A DNA stretch of 64,000 nucleotides from Macrostomum lignano (GCA_002269645.1 NIVC01000023.1:124001-188000); one strand, 5' to 3'. Counted from the stretch's first letter, positions 37,355 through 49,727 are shown. Notes: generated by a model from the sequence alone, not told the origin. Translations and numbers: made by a program.

Positions 37355-40300
37355 ATTTAAGCTGTAAAAAAATTTGCATTATTAAAGTCTTTTAAAGTTT
37401 TGTACATAAGACAGGTATTTATAGTACAGAAAAAAACATTAAAATAAAAAATTGCAATTTGAAAAAACTTTGTTTCTTACACATTAAGGCAGCTAAACTT
37501 TTAATTAATTGGAAAGACATTTAGAAATTTATCTAATAGCTAAGATACAATTTTTGGTTTTATTACTGTGTCGACAGTGCGTATTTGGTTTTTTGTTAAA
37601 TAATGTTCTGCAAGAAGATATTGCAGTAATCTATACGTACATCCAGTAGTCACTTCTACGAGCGCACATTATGATTCAAAGATGCTGCTAGTACTAAAAA
37701 CAATGAAACTCATTTTATAGTTTATCCAAGTTTATTTTAATCGGGATAGATCAAATTTATCATCTGAGTTAACTGATGCTTGTTATTGTTATCGCATCAG
37801 TCGAAAATCCAAGATGCAACACGCAACTGATGCCAGTTAATAAATAATGCTAACACTTGTATGGGGTCGAAGAATAAAAGTTCCAGTATACTTTACCCAG
37901 TAGTAATCAGTCAAAAAGAATTCCTAACAACAACGAGAAACAACAATAAGCTTCTTACTGACTACATACTTTGTAAACAATGCCCCCGACAACTAACTGT
38001 ATTGGTATTGATCGATTTTTCCAGAAGATGATCATTCTGTTGAATGCCTGAGACGTGAAAATTCACTATTCTTACCTAAAAAGAATATTTTTGAATCTTT
38101 TTTTGAATGAAAAATAAAAAAGAGATAAATGACAAGTTGTTGACTGGGATTAAGGCTGCACGGTTATATTAATTAAGAATAGGTTATTATATAAAGTGAA
38201 AGAAAATTTTTATGTCAAAAGTATGCACAGAAACTATTATGTATTACCTATCAAAAATATTATAAGAAAATGAAAACTAATAAACATGTTTTTAAAGAAA
38301 AAAACATTGTTTTACTATAAAAGCAATTAAATTGTAGGTATGACGTTTTTAACTTTGTTAAGATGTACAATTTATACGTTTTTTTTAAAAAGTCCACATG
38401 TTCCAAGAAAAGAGGCGGAACAGAATTTAAACTAGTGTAGTGTAGTGTGTTAGTTATGCTAGCATATAAAGATGTTAAAGCGGAAGCACTATGGGCACGA
38501 GATTTAAATATATTGATAGTCAATATATATGCTATATAGCCTATATTGCTCCCTTATCAAAGATTAACTACGAAGTCTTATCGTTGTTTTTACTGTACAG
38601 TTTTACAGTGTACAGTACAATGTACTGTTCTGTCTGTTCAGTACACTATAGTATACTGTACTGTAAAAATGACTGGTTACGTAGCCCCTGCCACTAGCAT
38701 CATACACGCGTCTAAAAGTTGAGGTCAAGCATAAAAGATTAACTAGCAAATATTTTCGTACATTGTAACCATGGATCCTCCCTCACCCAGTGGGCCAGTG
38801 CCCATATACCAAGCCAAGGTATCTAGGCCTAGTCAATATGGCAACAGGACGATCCAGTAACAGACGATCTGGCAACAGTCAAAACGGCGACAGTCAATCT
38901 GGCAAAAAATTGTAGCAAAGAGCTAATACATGTAAATGGCTATTGTTATTTAAACAGATTAGAAAGAGCGGCATAGTTCTAGTTTACTTCGTTATAGTCC
39001 AACCCCCCTACCCTTGAATAGAGGACGAAATAATTTAATGCAGTAAATTAGAACTATGCCACTGCCGAAAGAGCTTCGGTTGTTATAATTATTAGGCCTA
39101 TAATTGCTATTATTGTTATTAGTTATTATTTTTTATTAGAATGAATGCAAAAATAGTTCCATGAATTGGAATTTACTGGGGTCAAAATGCACAGATTTCA
39201 ACCAACTATTAATAGCTTGTTTTCTTATAATGATTATGCATGTACACATGATATACATGTATTGCTTAAAAATGGGAAACTAGATTAAATTGATGCATTC
39301 TTTATTTTCATTAAAAGCCACACACTAGTTTTTCATCTGCAGATACATTATTACATTAAAATGCATTTGATGTGTCATGGCCTAAACTTAAACTGTTAGA
39401 ATATGGATATAATGTAGGGCCTATTGTTTTTTAGAAAAGATATTAGTTGTTCTAAGTAAGTTATCTACATATAAAAAAAAATAGAGTTCATGTTAAATTT
39501 TGTTTGTATCTAAAATCCATAAAATACAATAAGGCCTACAAAATTTGTTGTTAGATTGTCTATTGTAGATTTTTTATTAGGCCTATTGTTAGATTGTCTG
39601 TCACCGGATCATCTTGTTGTTGTCCTTAGATTGTTTGGAAGCCTATACCAATCCTCTATCCCAGGGTGTAGGCCTACCTATTTTATATATCATGTGTATA
39701 GATTACTGGGTTTTTCAAAGTTAGAAATCCAGTTGCCAGCTGGCCTTGGGGCTCAAAATCCAGTTGCCAATGGCTATTTTTGGTTGCCTATTGGCAACTA
39801 GCCAAATTTAGACAAATTCTAAAGGATGGATATTTCTAAGGCTACATTTGAAAAGCAGAAATTATTTCTCTTAACTGAGAAAAATTCTCTTACTTTTGCT
39901 ATCTTTTCTGCAAATATTAACAAACTAATAATTTCATCATATCAATTTATATGGCACTTTTATTATACTTACAAAATCATTTTTTGAAATAGTCAACTGG
40001 CACAAAGAAAATGAAGTTGCCAGATTGGCCCCTGATGCCTAAAATTCTGTTGCTAATGAAATTTTCAAGGGGCCAAAAACCCATATTGCCTCAAAAGTGC
40101 ATGTGCAAAACAAAAAATATTGACCAAGAAAGATACACTGAATAGCAGATTTTTTTGCTAAAAAAGTGTGTATATTTTTGGATTTAAGATGTTAAAAGGC
40201 CTAGAGGCACCAATTCTAGCATAAATATCTCTCCCTACAATGAGTAGCAATATTTTATAAGTAGAAATAAGTAATAGTCTTTATAGGGGATGAGTAGTAG

Positions 40301-40839
40301 AGCCTATTAAGTATTTGAGTACCTAAGCCTTATCTAGAAATAAGTAGTCATAGAACCATATATTGAATACTTGTACTCCTATTCCATTCAAGAAATCAAT
40401 GAGAAAGAAAATTGCCATGTATTCTTGTCTTATAATCATTGCAGTATTAAGCAGCACAGTTGCAACAAAATAGCTGACCTATGCTAGTCTTGTAGGCAAG
40501 GCATGTTATAGGTAGAAAGTGTTCTATAAAGACACTTTTTTCATATAAAAAGCAATGAGAAATTTTTCCATTTAACCTTCTATGGCTTGTCATTATCTGG
40601 CTGTTTCTATTGGCAACACACATACATGTAAGTTGCTATTGGACGGAATAGTAGTCATATGACTGTTCTCAGCCAATAGCAACTTATATGTGTGTGTTGC
40701 CAATAGAAATGGCCAAGTGATTTGAAGTTTCTTATAATAATATAATCAAATATCATATTAGAAAATAGGCCTAATATATGTTGTAGGTTTCTTTGTTTCC
40801 TTATTCTACTCTCACTAATGCCACTAAGTTGTTGTAGTA

Positions 40840-41434
40840 CTATACCTTTTCACATTCAATTTTGATCAAAGTCTAGTTCTAAAAAAACTAGCAGAAATTC
40901 AATTCAGACTGAGGAAAATTTTGTCTATGGCTAAACCTTACTTTGGTTAGAATGTTTTGAGCTAGGGTTGGGGGCCGTAGCCCAGCGGTAGCGCAGCTGC
41001 TCTGGTGTGCCGCGACCCAGGCTCGATTCCAAGTGCAGCCACATTAATTTGGGGCTGAATTGGAATCTTGGCTTGGCTCGCTTGTGCAATTAACGGCCTT
41101 GAGAGCCAACCCCCCAAGGCGCAGTGAAGTGTACATGCCTAACAATTGATAAAGTTAGGGCCGCTGTACACTCCTGTGTGAGTGTGTGCCTGCGTAACGT
41201 ATCCGCGCGCTTGTATGCCTGCTCAGGGAAGTCGCGGAATGGGCAGTAATGCCTCTCGCCAGTTGTGTGCCTATGTCGCTTAAAGTGCACCAGGGTGCAC
41301 ACAACCCCCCTGCCTATAATAAAAAAAATTTGAGCTAGGGTTAGACTTGGCCCAAGTCTAAATTGTCTGAATTGAATTTCTGCTAGTTTTTTTAGAACTG
41401 GACTTTGATCAAAATTGAATGTGAAAAGGTATAG
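40840..41434. mobile_element. Foldback MITE with about 70-bp TIRs and TA flanks (Tc1/mariner-type), interrupted by a SINE
   Basis: 40838-40909 and 41365-41436 are reverse complements with one mismatch. The element starts CTATACC and ends GGTATAG, with TA on both sides. Confidence 0.8.
40970..41328 (+). mobile_element. Full-length tRNA-derived SINE, 359 bp
   Basis: A box TAGCCCAGCGG, B box GGCTCGATTCC, an A-rich tail and a perfect 14-bp TSD TTTGAGCTAGGGTT (40956-40969 and 41329-41342). Confidence 0.93.
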
Positions 41435-41875
41435 TATAATCCTTTCTATAAAAAATCCCACCCCTTGTCACCAAGTTGTAATGGGGTTTCTCTTCTATGG
41501 CCATTATGCTGCTATAGGCCAAGTCATCTTTTCTACTTATAATTCTATGCTTAATTTCCTAATTCTTTACTGAATAAGTATGGGCAATTGTCTATACAAT
41601 TTACCCTTGATAGCTTCAGTGCCTGCGCAGCAAGACACTTGGTTTGAAGTTTCCTCAGCATTCATGGTTTGAATTCAAGATGGCCCAATGCCAAAATTAA
41701 TTTTAAGGTGCCATGACACATGCTATGCCATAATAACCTAGTTAAATTGTAGATAATGAGCAGATGACTTGTTTCTTTTATGTAATAAAGTACTTGGCTA
41801 GGTTATATTATTCTGGCAAATCATTTTCTAGAATTAACATAGTATTTGTAAATATTATAATCCTCTGATGCAAAT

Positions 41876-44800
41876 ATGACACTGACTGGGTTGCTCGGAT
41901 CAATGTTGCTATTGGTATTAGCTATGCCACTCCAAATGGCACTGGCTCAGTACTGGTGGAACTGGGAGGCTGTGTTGCAGGGATTTATGACGCCTTACTT
42001 CACTCCTGTGCCGAACTCTCGGTTCACCCACACTCCCTACATTACTTCGTTGTCGCCAAATGAATACGACGTTATTGTGAATGTGCCTAAGGCTGGTATG
42101 GGCGCTTATATTGGCCACTCAGGCTGGGTTGACTATGATTACACCTGGACTCAGTGGCCCGCGCCTAAAGGTCGTTTTGTCAATTATTTCCTTGGCATTC
42201 CGTATGCCGCTCCGCCTGTTAATGACCAGAGATTTCGGATTCCCAGGCCTGCGTTTTTGGATGTCAGGTTTGTTAGTTTCTTATATTCTTTATATTCTCA
42301 TAATATGTAATATGTAATATGTACAATCGGCAAGTCGTGTGGCAATGTAACTTTGAGGGTAGATGCGGTTTCATCAGTGGACACAGCAGAGGGCAGAAGC
42401 GGTCCCACCAGTAGAGACACAGCAGAGGGCAGAAGCGGTTACATCAGGGGACACAGCAGAGGGCAGAAGCGGTCCCACCAGTAGAGACACAGCAGAGGGC
42501 AGAAGCGGTTACATCAGGGGACACTGCAGAGGGCAGAAGCGGTCCCACCAGTAGAGACACAGCAGAGGGCAGAAGCGGTTACATCAGGGGACACTGCAGA
42601 GGGCAGAAGCGGTCCCACCAGTAGAGACACAGCAGAGGGCAGAAGCGGTTACATCAGGGGACACAGCAGAGGGCAGAAGCGGTTACATCAGGGGACACTG
42701 CAGAGGGCAGAAGCGGTTACATCAGGGGACACAGCAGAGGGCAGAAGCGGGTTCATCAGTGGACACAGCAAAGGGCAGAAGCCAGACACAGAGTGGACAC
42801 AGCAGAGGGCAGAAGCGGGTCTCATCAGTGGACACAGCAGAGGGCAGAAGCGGGTCTCATCAGTGGACACAGCAGAGGGCAGAAGCGGGTCTCATCAGTG
42901 GACACAGCAGAGGGCAGAAGCGGGTCTCATCAGGGGACACAGCAGAGGGCAGAAGCCAGACACAGAGTGGACACAGCAGAGGGCAGAGGCGGGTTTCACC
43001 GATGCCCCATCCACCATCGCCAGGCACGCGTGGCAGGCCAAGCGCTACAGGTCGGCCTGCATGCAGAACCCGGCCTACATGCAGGAACGCATACCAGGGT
43101 TCAACGATTTCAACGAAGACTGCCTATATCTGAACCTGTTCTATCCTAACAACACATACGAGCCGCAGACTATGCTGTATCCTGTGCTAATATTTATTCA
43201 CGGCGGCGACTTCGCTCACGGTAGCGCTCACCTGTATCCGGGACACGCATTGGCCAGCCAGGGAGCCGTAGTCGTCACCTTCAATTATCGATTGGGCGTT
43301 TTCGGCTTCCTTAGTACCGGCGATTTTGCTTCGACTGGCAACTATGGACTGTGGGATCAGATTGAGGCTATGAAATGGGTTAGGGATAATATCAGGTGAG
43401 ATTTGTGTGCGATATCATTTAATCCAATTCAAATTCGTGCCTCAGGATTCTTAATCCCATTCGAACTCGAGTCTCAGGATTCTTAATCCCATTCGAACTC
43501 GAGTCTCAGGATTCTTAATCCCATTCGAAATCGAGTCTCATGATTCTTAATCCCATTCGAAAACGAGTCTCATGATTCTTAATCCCATTCGAAAACGAGT
43601 CTCAGGATTCTTAATCCCATTCGAAATCGAGTCTCATGATTCTTAATCCCATTCGAAAACGAGTCTCATGATTCTTAATCCCATTCGAACTCGAGTCTCA
43701 TGATTCTTAATCCCATTCGAACTCGAGTCTCATGATTCTTAATCCCATTCGAACTCGAGTCTCAGGATTCTTAATCCCATTCGAACTCGAGTCTCAGGAT
43801 TCTTAATCCCATTCGAAATCGAGTCTCAGGATTTTTAATCCCATTCGAACTCGAGTCTCAGGATTCTTAATCCCATTCGAACTCGAGTCTCATGATTCTT
43901 AATCCCATTCGAACTCGAGTCTCAGGATTCTTAATCCCATTCGAAATCGAGTCTCATGATTCTTAATCCCATTCGAACTCGAGTCTCAGGATTCTTAATC
44001 CCATTCGAACTCGAGTCTCAGGATTCTTAATCCCATTCGAACTCGAGTCTCAGGATTCTTAATCCCATTCGAGATCAAGTCTCAGGATTCTTAATAGTAC
44101 AAACTATTCGAACTCGCATTTGTTTTGCAGATACTTCCGCGGCGATCCGAGCTCAGTAACGCTAACCGGCGAAGGCAGCGGTGCAGACTCTGTTGGCATC
44201 CATCTGGTGTCACCGGTGTCCAGGGAGCTGGGCCTGTTCCACCGGGTGGCCTTGATGTCCGGCAGCGATCTTGGCGCTTGGAGCGTTGCTAACCCGTTGC
44301 TAGTGAGAACAATGGACTACGCTAAGGAGTTGGCTAAGCGTCTTGGCTGCAGCACTAGGGACACCTACTATATGGTGTACTGTATTCGGTGAGACTGTTT
44401 TTTCAACTAACCGCATGCTTTTATGTACGAATGGTAGCTGGTCTACTCGTATGCGTCTAGAAAGTAATTATCGTTTGAAAAAATCCACATTTGAGAGGTG
44501 CAACTCTACTTCAGCCATTGGAATAATAGTCTCTGACTACTTTATCGCCCTAAATTACTAGAAAATTCCTTTGCTCCTGTTTAAAGAATCTCCCCTGAAC
44601 CCTTCTAAGAATCGCCTCTAATCCCTTCTAAGAATCATCTCTAATACTTTCTAAGAATCGCCTCTTATACTTTCTAAGAATCGCCTCTGATTCTTTCTAA
44701 GAAGCGTCCTTGAATAAAGCCTATTTCCCATCCCCAACAACCGCCAGCTACCTGCACCCGGACTCGGCTGCAATGCTCAGTGCAGCCTCCGCCGTGAAGC

Positions 44801-47709
44801 CTCATCACCCGGCCTCGCCCTACGTGTGGACACCTGTAGTAGACGGCGAGGTCGGCCTCATACCGCGCGAGCCCGTAGTGGAAAGATCCCAGGGCCGGTT
44901 TGCTGCCCCGCCAGCTATTATGGGATTCACTCACGACGAGCTGGCTAAAGATGCGGATAGAAGGCTGCGGGAATGGGGCATCACCCCGCTGAGCTCTGGT
45001 GCGGATTTCACCGACAGCGATTTTGCCAAGGCGATTGAAAAATTTCTAGACTATTTGAAGGTGAGCAGTTTCTGTGTGTCCTTTTTTATTTCCTCTCTCT
45101 TGTCTCCTCTGTCCCCCTCTCTCCTCTCTCCCCTCTCCTGTCTCCTCTCTCCCCTCTCCTGTCTCCTCTCTCCCCTCTCCTCTCTCCTCTCCCCCCTCTC
45201 CTGTCTCCTCTCTCCCCTCTCCTGTCTCCTCTCTCCTCCTCTCTCTTGTCTCCTCTCTCCCCTCTCCTGTCTCCTCTCTCCTCCTCTCTCTTGTCTCCTC
45301 TCTCCTCCTCTCTCTTGTCTCCTCTCTCCCCTCTCCTGTCTCCTCTCTCCTCCTCTCTCTTGTCTCCTCTCTCCCCTCTCCTGTCTCCTCTCTCCTCCTC
45401 TCTCTTGTCTCCTCTCTCCTCCTCTCTCTTGTCTCCTCTCTCCTCCTCTCTCCTGTCTCCTCTCTCCCCTCTCCTGTCTCCTCTCTCCCCTCTCCTGTCT
45501 TCTCTCTCCTGTCTTCTCTCTCTTGTCTCCTATCTCCCCCTCTCCTGTCTCATCTCTCCCTCTCTCTCTCTCTCCTGTCTCCTCTCTCCCTCTCTCTCTC
45601 TCTCCTGTCTCCTCTCTTCCAATCTCCTGTCTCCTCTCTCCCCTCTCCTGTCTCCTCTCTCCCCTCTCCTGTCTCCTCTCTCCTCCTCTCTCTTGTCTCC
45701 TCTCTCCTCCTCTCTCTTGTCTCCTCTCTCCTCCTCTCTCCTGTCTCCTCTCTCCCCTCTCCTGTCTCCTCTCTCCCCTCTCCTGTCTTCTCTCTCCTCC
45801 TCTCTCTTGTCTCCTCTCTCCTCCTCTCTCTTGTCTCCTCTCTCCTCTCTCTTGTCTCCTCTGCATCCCTCTCTCTTGTCTCCTCTCTCCCCCTCTCCTG
45901 TCTCCTATCCCCCCTCTCCTGTCTCCTCTCTCCCTCTCCTGTCTTCTCTCTCCTCCTCTCTCCTGTCTCCTCTCTCCCCTCTCCTGTCTCCTCTCTCCTC
46001 CTCTCTCTTGTCTCCTCTCTCCTCCTCTCTCTTGTCTCCTCTCTCCTCCTCTCTCTTGTCTCCTCTCTCCCCTCTCCTGTCTCCTCTCTCCCCTCTCCTG
46101 TCTTCTCTCTCCTGTCTTCTCTCTCTTGTCTCCTATCTCCCCCTCTCCTGTCTCCTCTCTCCTCCTCTCTCTTGTCTCCTCTCTCCTCCTCTCTCTTGTC
46201 TCCTCTCTCCTCCTCTCTCCTGTCTCCTCTCTCCCCTCTCCTGTCTCCTCTCTCCCCTCTCCTGTCTTCTCTCTCCTGTCTTCTCTCTCTTGTCTCCTAT
46301 CTCCCCCTCTCCTGTCTCATCTCTCCCTCTCTCTCTCTCTCTCTCCTGTCTCCTCTCTCCCTCTCTCTCTCTCTCCTGTCTCCTCTCTTCCAATCTCCTG
46401 TCTCCTCTCTCCCCCTCTCCTGTCTCCTCTCTCCTCTCTCTTGTCTCCTCTGCATCCCTCTCTCTTGTCTCCTCTCTCCCCCTCTCCTGTCTCCTATCCC
46501 CCCTCTCCTGTCTCCTCTCTCCCTCTCCTGTCTCCTCTCTCCCCGTCTCTCCTGTCTCCTCTCTCCCCGTCTCTCCTGTCTCCTCTCCCTCTCACTCCTG
46601 TCTCCTCTCTCCCAATCTCCTGTCTCCTCTCTCCCCGTCTCTCCTGTCTCATCTCTCCCCTCTCCTGTCTCCTCTCTCCCCGTCTCTCCTGTCTCATCTC
46701 TCCCCTCTCCTGTCTCCTCTCTCCCCCTCTCCTGTTTCATCTCTCCCCTCTCCTGTCTTGTGTCTCCCTCTTTCTCTCTCCTGTCTCCCCTCTCTCCATC
46801 TCTTCTGCCTCCTCTCTTCACTCCTGTCTTCTCTCCCCCGTCTAATGTCTGCAAAAATCCCCTAGTGTTTTAAATAATCCCTTTCATGATTGGCGCACAA
46901 TCCCCTCGCCGCAGGTGCGCCACATGAATGACACATACGAAGAGGTGTTCTTCCGCTACAACTGGTGGAGCCAGCCGGACAACATGACAGCCAGGCGGGA
47001 ACAGTTCATAGCCCTAATCTCGGACTGGGGCGTGAGGTCCGGTCTGGACTACGCTATCAAGATGCACTCGCAGCGGCAGCCAATCACGTACGCTTACGAA
47101 TTCGCCTATCGCGGCTTGAACGACAGCACGCCAAAGCCGTTTGGCATTTATCAGGGCACCACCAGTCAGTTCCTGTTCGGTTTGCCATTCATGAACACGA
47201 GCTGGTGGCGAGAATTGCTAACGCCTCAACCGCCGCCCACACTGTTCCCCTGGGATCGAATCCTGGATTATAATATGAGCGAATTTGTTATGCAGATGTG
47301 GGTTAATTTTATGCGCTACGAGAATCCAACACCGTATGAGAATAGAAACTTCTCCTGGCTGCCCTATACTCTCCATGAGCAGAGCTATGCTCACCTGTTT
47401 ATCAATGCATCTAATCGGAGAGCCTACCGGCCGAACCAGATGGCATTCTGGCGCCAGAGATATGAACTCGTGGCTGAACCAATCGAACCTGTGCCCACTG
47501 AGTTTCCTTATCCATTGTACGAAGCTCAGATAGCAACCTATGTGCTCGGTATTGTATTGTTTATCTGCCTGATAGCGCTTGTTGGCATTATCGTCTTGCT
47601 AGTTCGGACACAGCGCTACGATCCGGACACGTACGTGCCGCCCGAGGACGCTTTCTCGGACGCTTTTAGGCAAGACTTTATTTCTGCAAAAAATGAAAGT
47701 CAAATCTAA
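41876..47709 (+). CDS. Type I membrane carboxylesterase-fold protein, catalytically inactive (neuroligin-like), 709 aa; exons 41876-42267, 43024-43395, 44131-44388, 44748-45060, 46915-47709
   Basis: Signal peptide; FLGIPYAAPP, NEDCLYLN, VLIFIHGG, TFNYRLGVFGFL, GNYGLWDQ and WTPVVDG motifs. The nucleophile elbow is GEGSG rather than GESAG, and the His motif reads GIYQG. TM helix IATYVLGIVLFICLIALVGIIVLLV; C-terminus ESQI. Phases 2,2,2,0; 2130 nt. Confidence 0.92.
42370..42990. repeat. 32-35-bp variant minisatellite (GACACAGCAGAGGGCAGAAGCGG...) in intron 1 of the esterase-like gene
   Basis: About 18 units with alternating variants. Confidence 0.96.
43441..44095. repeat. 32-bp minisatellite (CAGGATTCTTAATCCCATTCGAACTCGAGTCT) in intron 2
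   Basis: About 20 units. Confidence 0.98.
45085..46840. repeat. 1.75-kb CT-rich polypyrimidine/polypurine low-complexity array in intron 4
   Basis: CTCTCCTGTCTCCTCTCTCC-type units with very few A residues on the + strand; produces stop-free pseudo-ORFs. Confidence 0.97.
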
Positions 47710-48206
47710 TTTAATCATTTGATGTCTTTATTACACTACTTTAAACCAACTGCAACAGTAGTGCTAATCGATTTTGCTATGGATATTTATCAAAACTGGT
47801 AAAATAATACGATTTTGTGGCAATTTAATTTCAACCTTATTTAACAAAAAAATCTGTTCTTTTAATTAAATACAGTCATATTTTTCTGCTATAGCCATTA
47901 TATCCATAGTTGTATCAAGTTAAAATGTAGGCATGAATTTTTTCTCTTTAATTTTATTAAAATTGGCTTTCATTAAATTGCTTTATTGTAAATAATTGTT
48001 TTAATTATTAAAATGGTTTAAGCACGATTCAAACAGTAGCTTTTATGCTTTCCTAGTTTTCAGTTTTTAATACATTCCACAAAAAAGTGGTTATGTAGCA
48101 TTGTTTCGCACTTGGAGTTCTTGCGGTTCATGTCGGTTATGTCATCGTATTTTTTTACTTGCAGTGTGTTGTACTTTCTTCTGTTGCTGTGCCACTGCCG
48201 CCCTAT

Positions 48207-48640
48207 CAGATCCTCAGTTGCTGGGCCAGCCTCCCAGAGTGTCAGTTGCTGGGCCAGCCTCCCAGAGTGTCAGTTGCTGGGCCAGCCTCCCAGAGTGTCA
48301 GTTGCTGGGCCAGCCTCCCAGAGTGTCAGTTGCTGAGCCAGCCTCCCAGAGTGTCAGTTGCTGGGCCAGCCTCCCAGATCCTCAGTTGCTGGGCCAGCCT
48401 TCCGGATCCTCAGTTGCTGGGCCAGCCTTCCGGATCCTCAGTTCTGGGCCAGCCTCCCAGATCATCAGTTGCTGAGCCAGCTTCCCAGATCCTCAGTTCT
48501 GGGCCAGCCTTCCGGATCCTCAGTTGCTGGGCCAGCCTTCCGGATCCTCAGTTCTGGGCCAGCCTCCCAGATCCTCAGTTGCTGGGCCAGCCTCCCATAT
48601 CCTCAGTTGCTGGGCCAGCCTCCCGGATCGATGGTTGCTG
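48207..48640. repeat. About 28-bp minisatellite (CAGTTGCTGGGCCAGCCTCCCAGAGTGT and variants)
   Basis: About 16 units in two variant blocks. Confidence 0.96.
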
Positions 48641-49079
48641 GGCCAGTATCATTTGATGCGGTGTTTATATTTATTAAAATATGGAACTTTGGTATTAGCT
48701 GTGTATAACAACATTCCCATGGAGTTCATTCCACACGGACTTATCCATAAAATTTATTACATATCAACTGATTTAGCGTATTTCGCTGTTACATTCCAAT
48801 AAAATGACAACAATCCAAGCTTCATTGCTTTTTTATTTACTGGCTCTGCTCGTTACCAATCCAGATATGGTTATAATGTTACTCTCTGGGTGTTAATATA
48901 ACTATGTGTCTTCGTTACATTTTTATCCTAAGTATGTGTGTAAATTTTTTCATTGTAAATGTACTTCTGTAATTTCGTATGCCTTAATAAATACACTTGC
49001 TTGCAGCTGTTATTTATTAATGCTAATGTTTAAAAAATAGTTTGTCCTTTTCTCTCCGAAATAGTTTTTTTAGAAACGA

Positions 49080-49675
49080 GGATTAATCGGAGAATAGTTA
49101 TTAATCTGAGGATAATTATTAATCTGAGAATAATTATTAATCTAAGGATGAGTATTAATCTGAGGATAATTATTAATCTGAGGATAATTATTAATCTGAG
49201 GATAACTATTAATCTAGGGATAATTATTAATCTGAGGATAATTATTAATCTGAGGATAGTTATTAATCTGAGGATAATTATTAATCTGAGGATAATTATT
49301 ACTCTGAGAATAATTATTACTCTGAGGATAATTATTAATCTGGGGATAATTATTAATCTGAGGATAATTATTAATCTGGGGATAATTATTAATCTGGGGA
49401 TAATTATTAATCTGAGGATAATTATTAATCTAGGGATAATTATTAATCTGGGGATAATTATTAATCTGAGGGTAATTATTAATCTGGGGATAATTATTAA
49501 TCTGAGGATAATTATTAATCTAGGGATAATTATTAATCTAGGGATAATTATTAATCTGTGGATAATTATTAATCTGAGGATATTATTCTCGGGAAAACTA
49601 TTAATCTGAGGATATTATTATTCTGGGGAAAATTACTAATCAGAGGATAATTATTAATCAGAGGATAATTATTTA
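49080..49675. repeat. 18-bp AT-rich minisatellite (ATAATTATTAATCTGAGG) immediately upstream of MRPL32
   Basis: About 30 units ending about 50 bp before the ORF. Confidence 0.97.
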
Positions 49676-49727
49676 AGTCAGTCTAACTATACGATGAAAG
49701 TTTATAAAATCTATAAATTACTAAACA

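Larger units (their letters stand above)
30131..38902. other. Second unit (8772 bp) of a direct tandem segmental duplication; first unit runs from within 22115-22980 to 30130
   Basis: Collinear near-identity of exons, SINE fragments, MEIG1 and flanks. Both units end ...AAAACGGCGACAGTCAATCTGG (30130 and 38902). At 30131 the sequence jumps into the intron-4 minisatellite. Confidence 0.95.

Noticed and set aside
40970-41040. tRNA genes at SINE heads (also about 1050-1120 and 54150-54217)
   Set aside because: A and B boxes are present but acceptor and anticodon stems do not pair, and each continues into a SINE body.
44710-46873. 711/599/539-aa Ser-Pro-Leu mucin-like ORFs
   Set aside because: The CT-rich intron lacks A so stops cannot occur. 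A good donor (45060|GTGAGC) and acceptor (46914) remove it and restore the esterase fold.
48100-48210. Coding-looking stretch next to the 28-bp array (minus strand)
   Set aside because: Short, two competing frames, no clear splice sites or recognisable motif.
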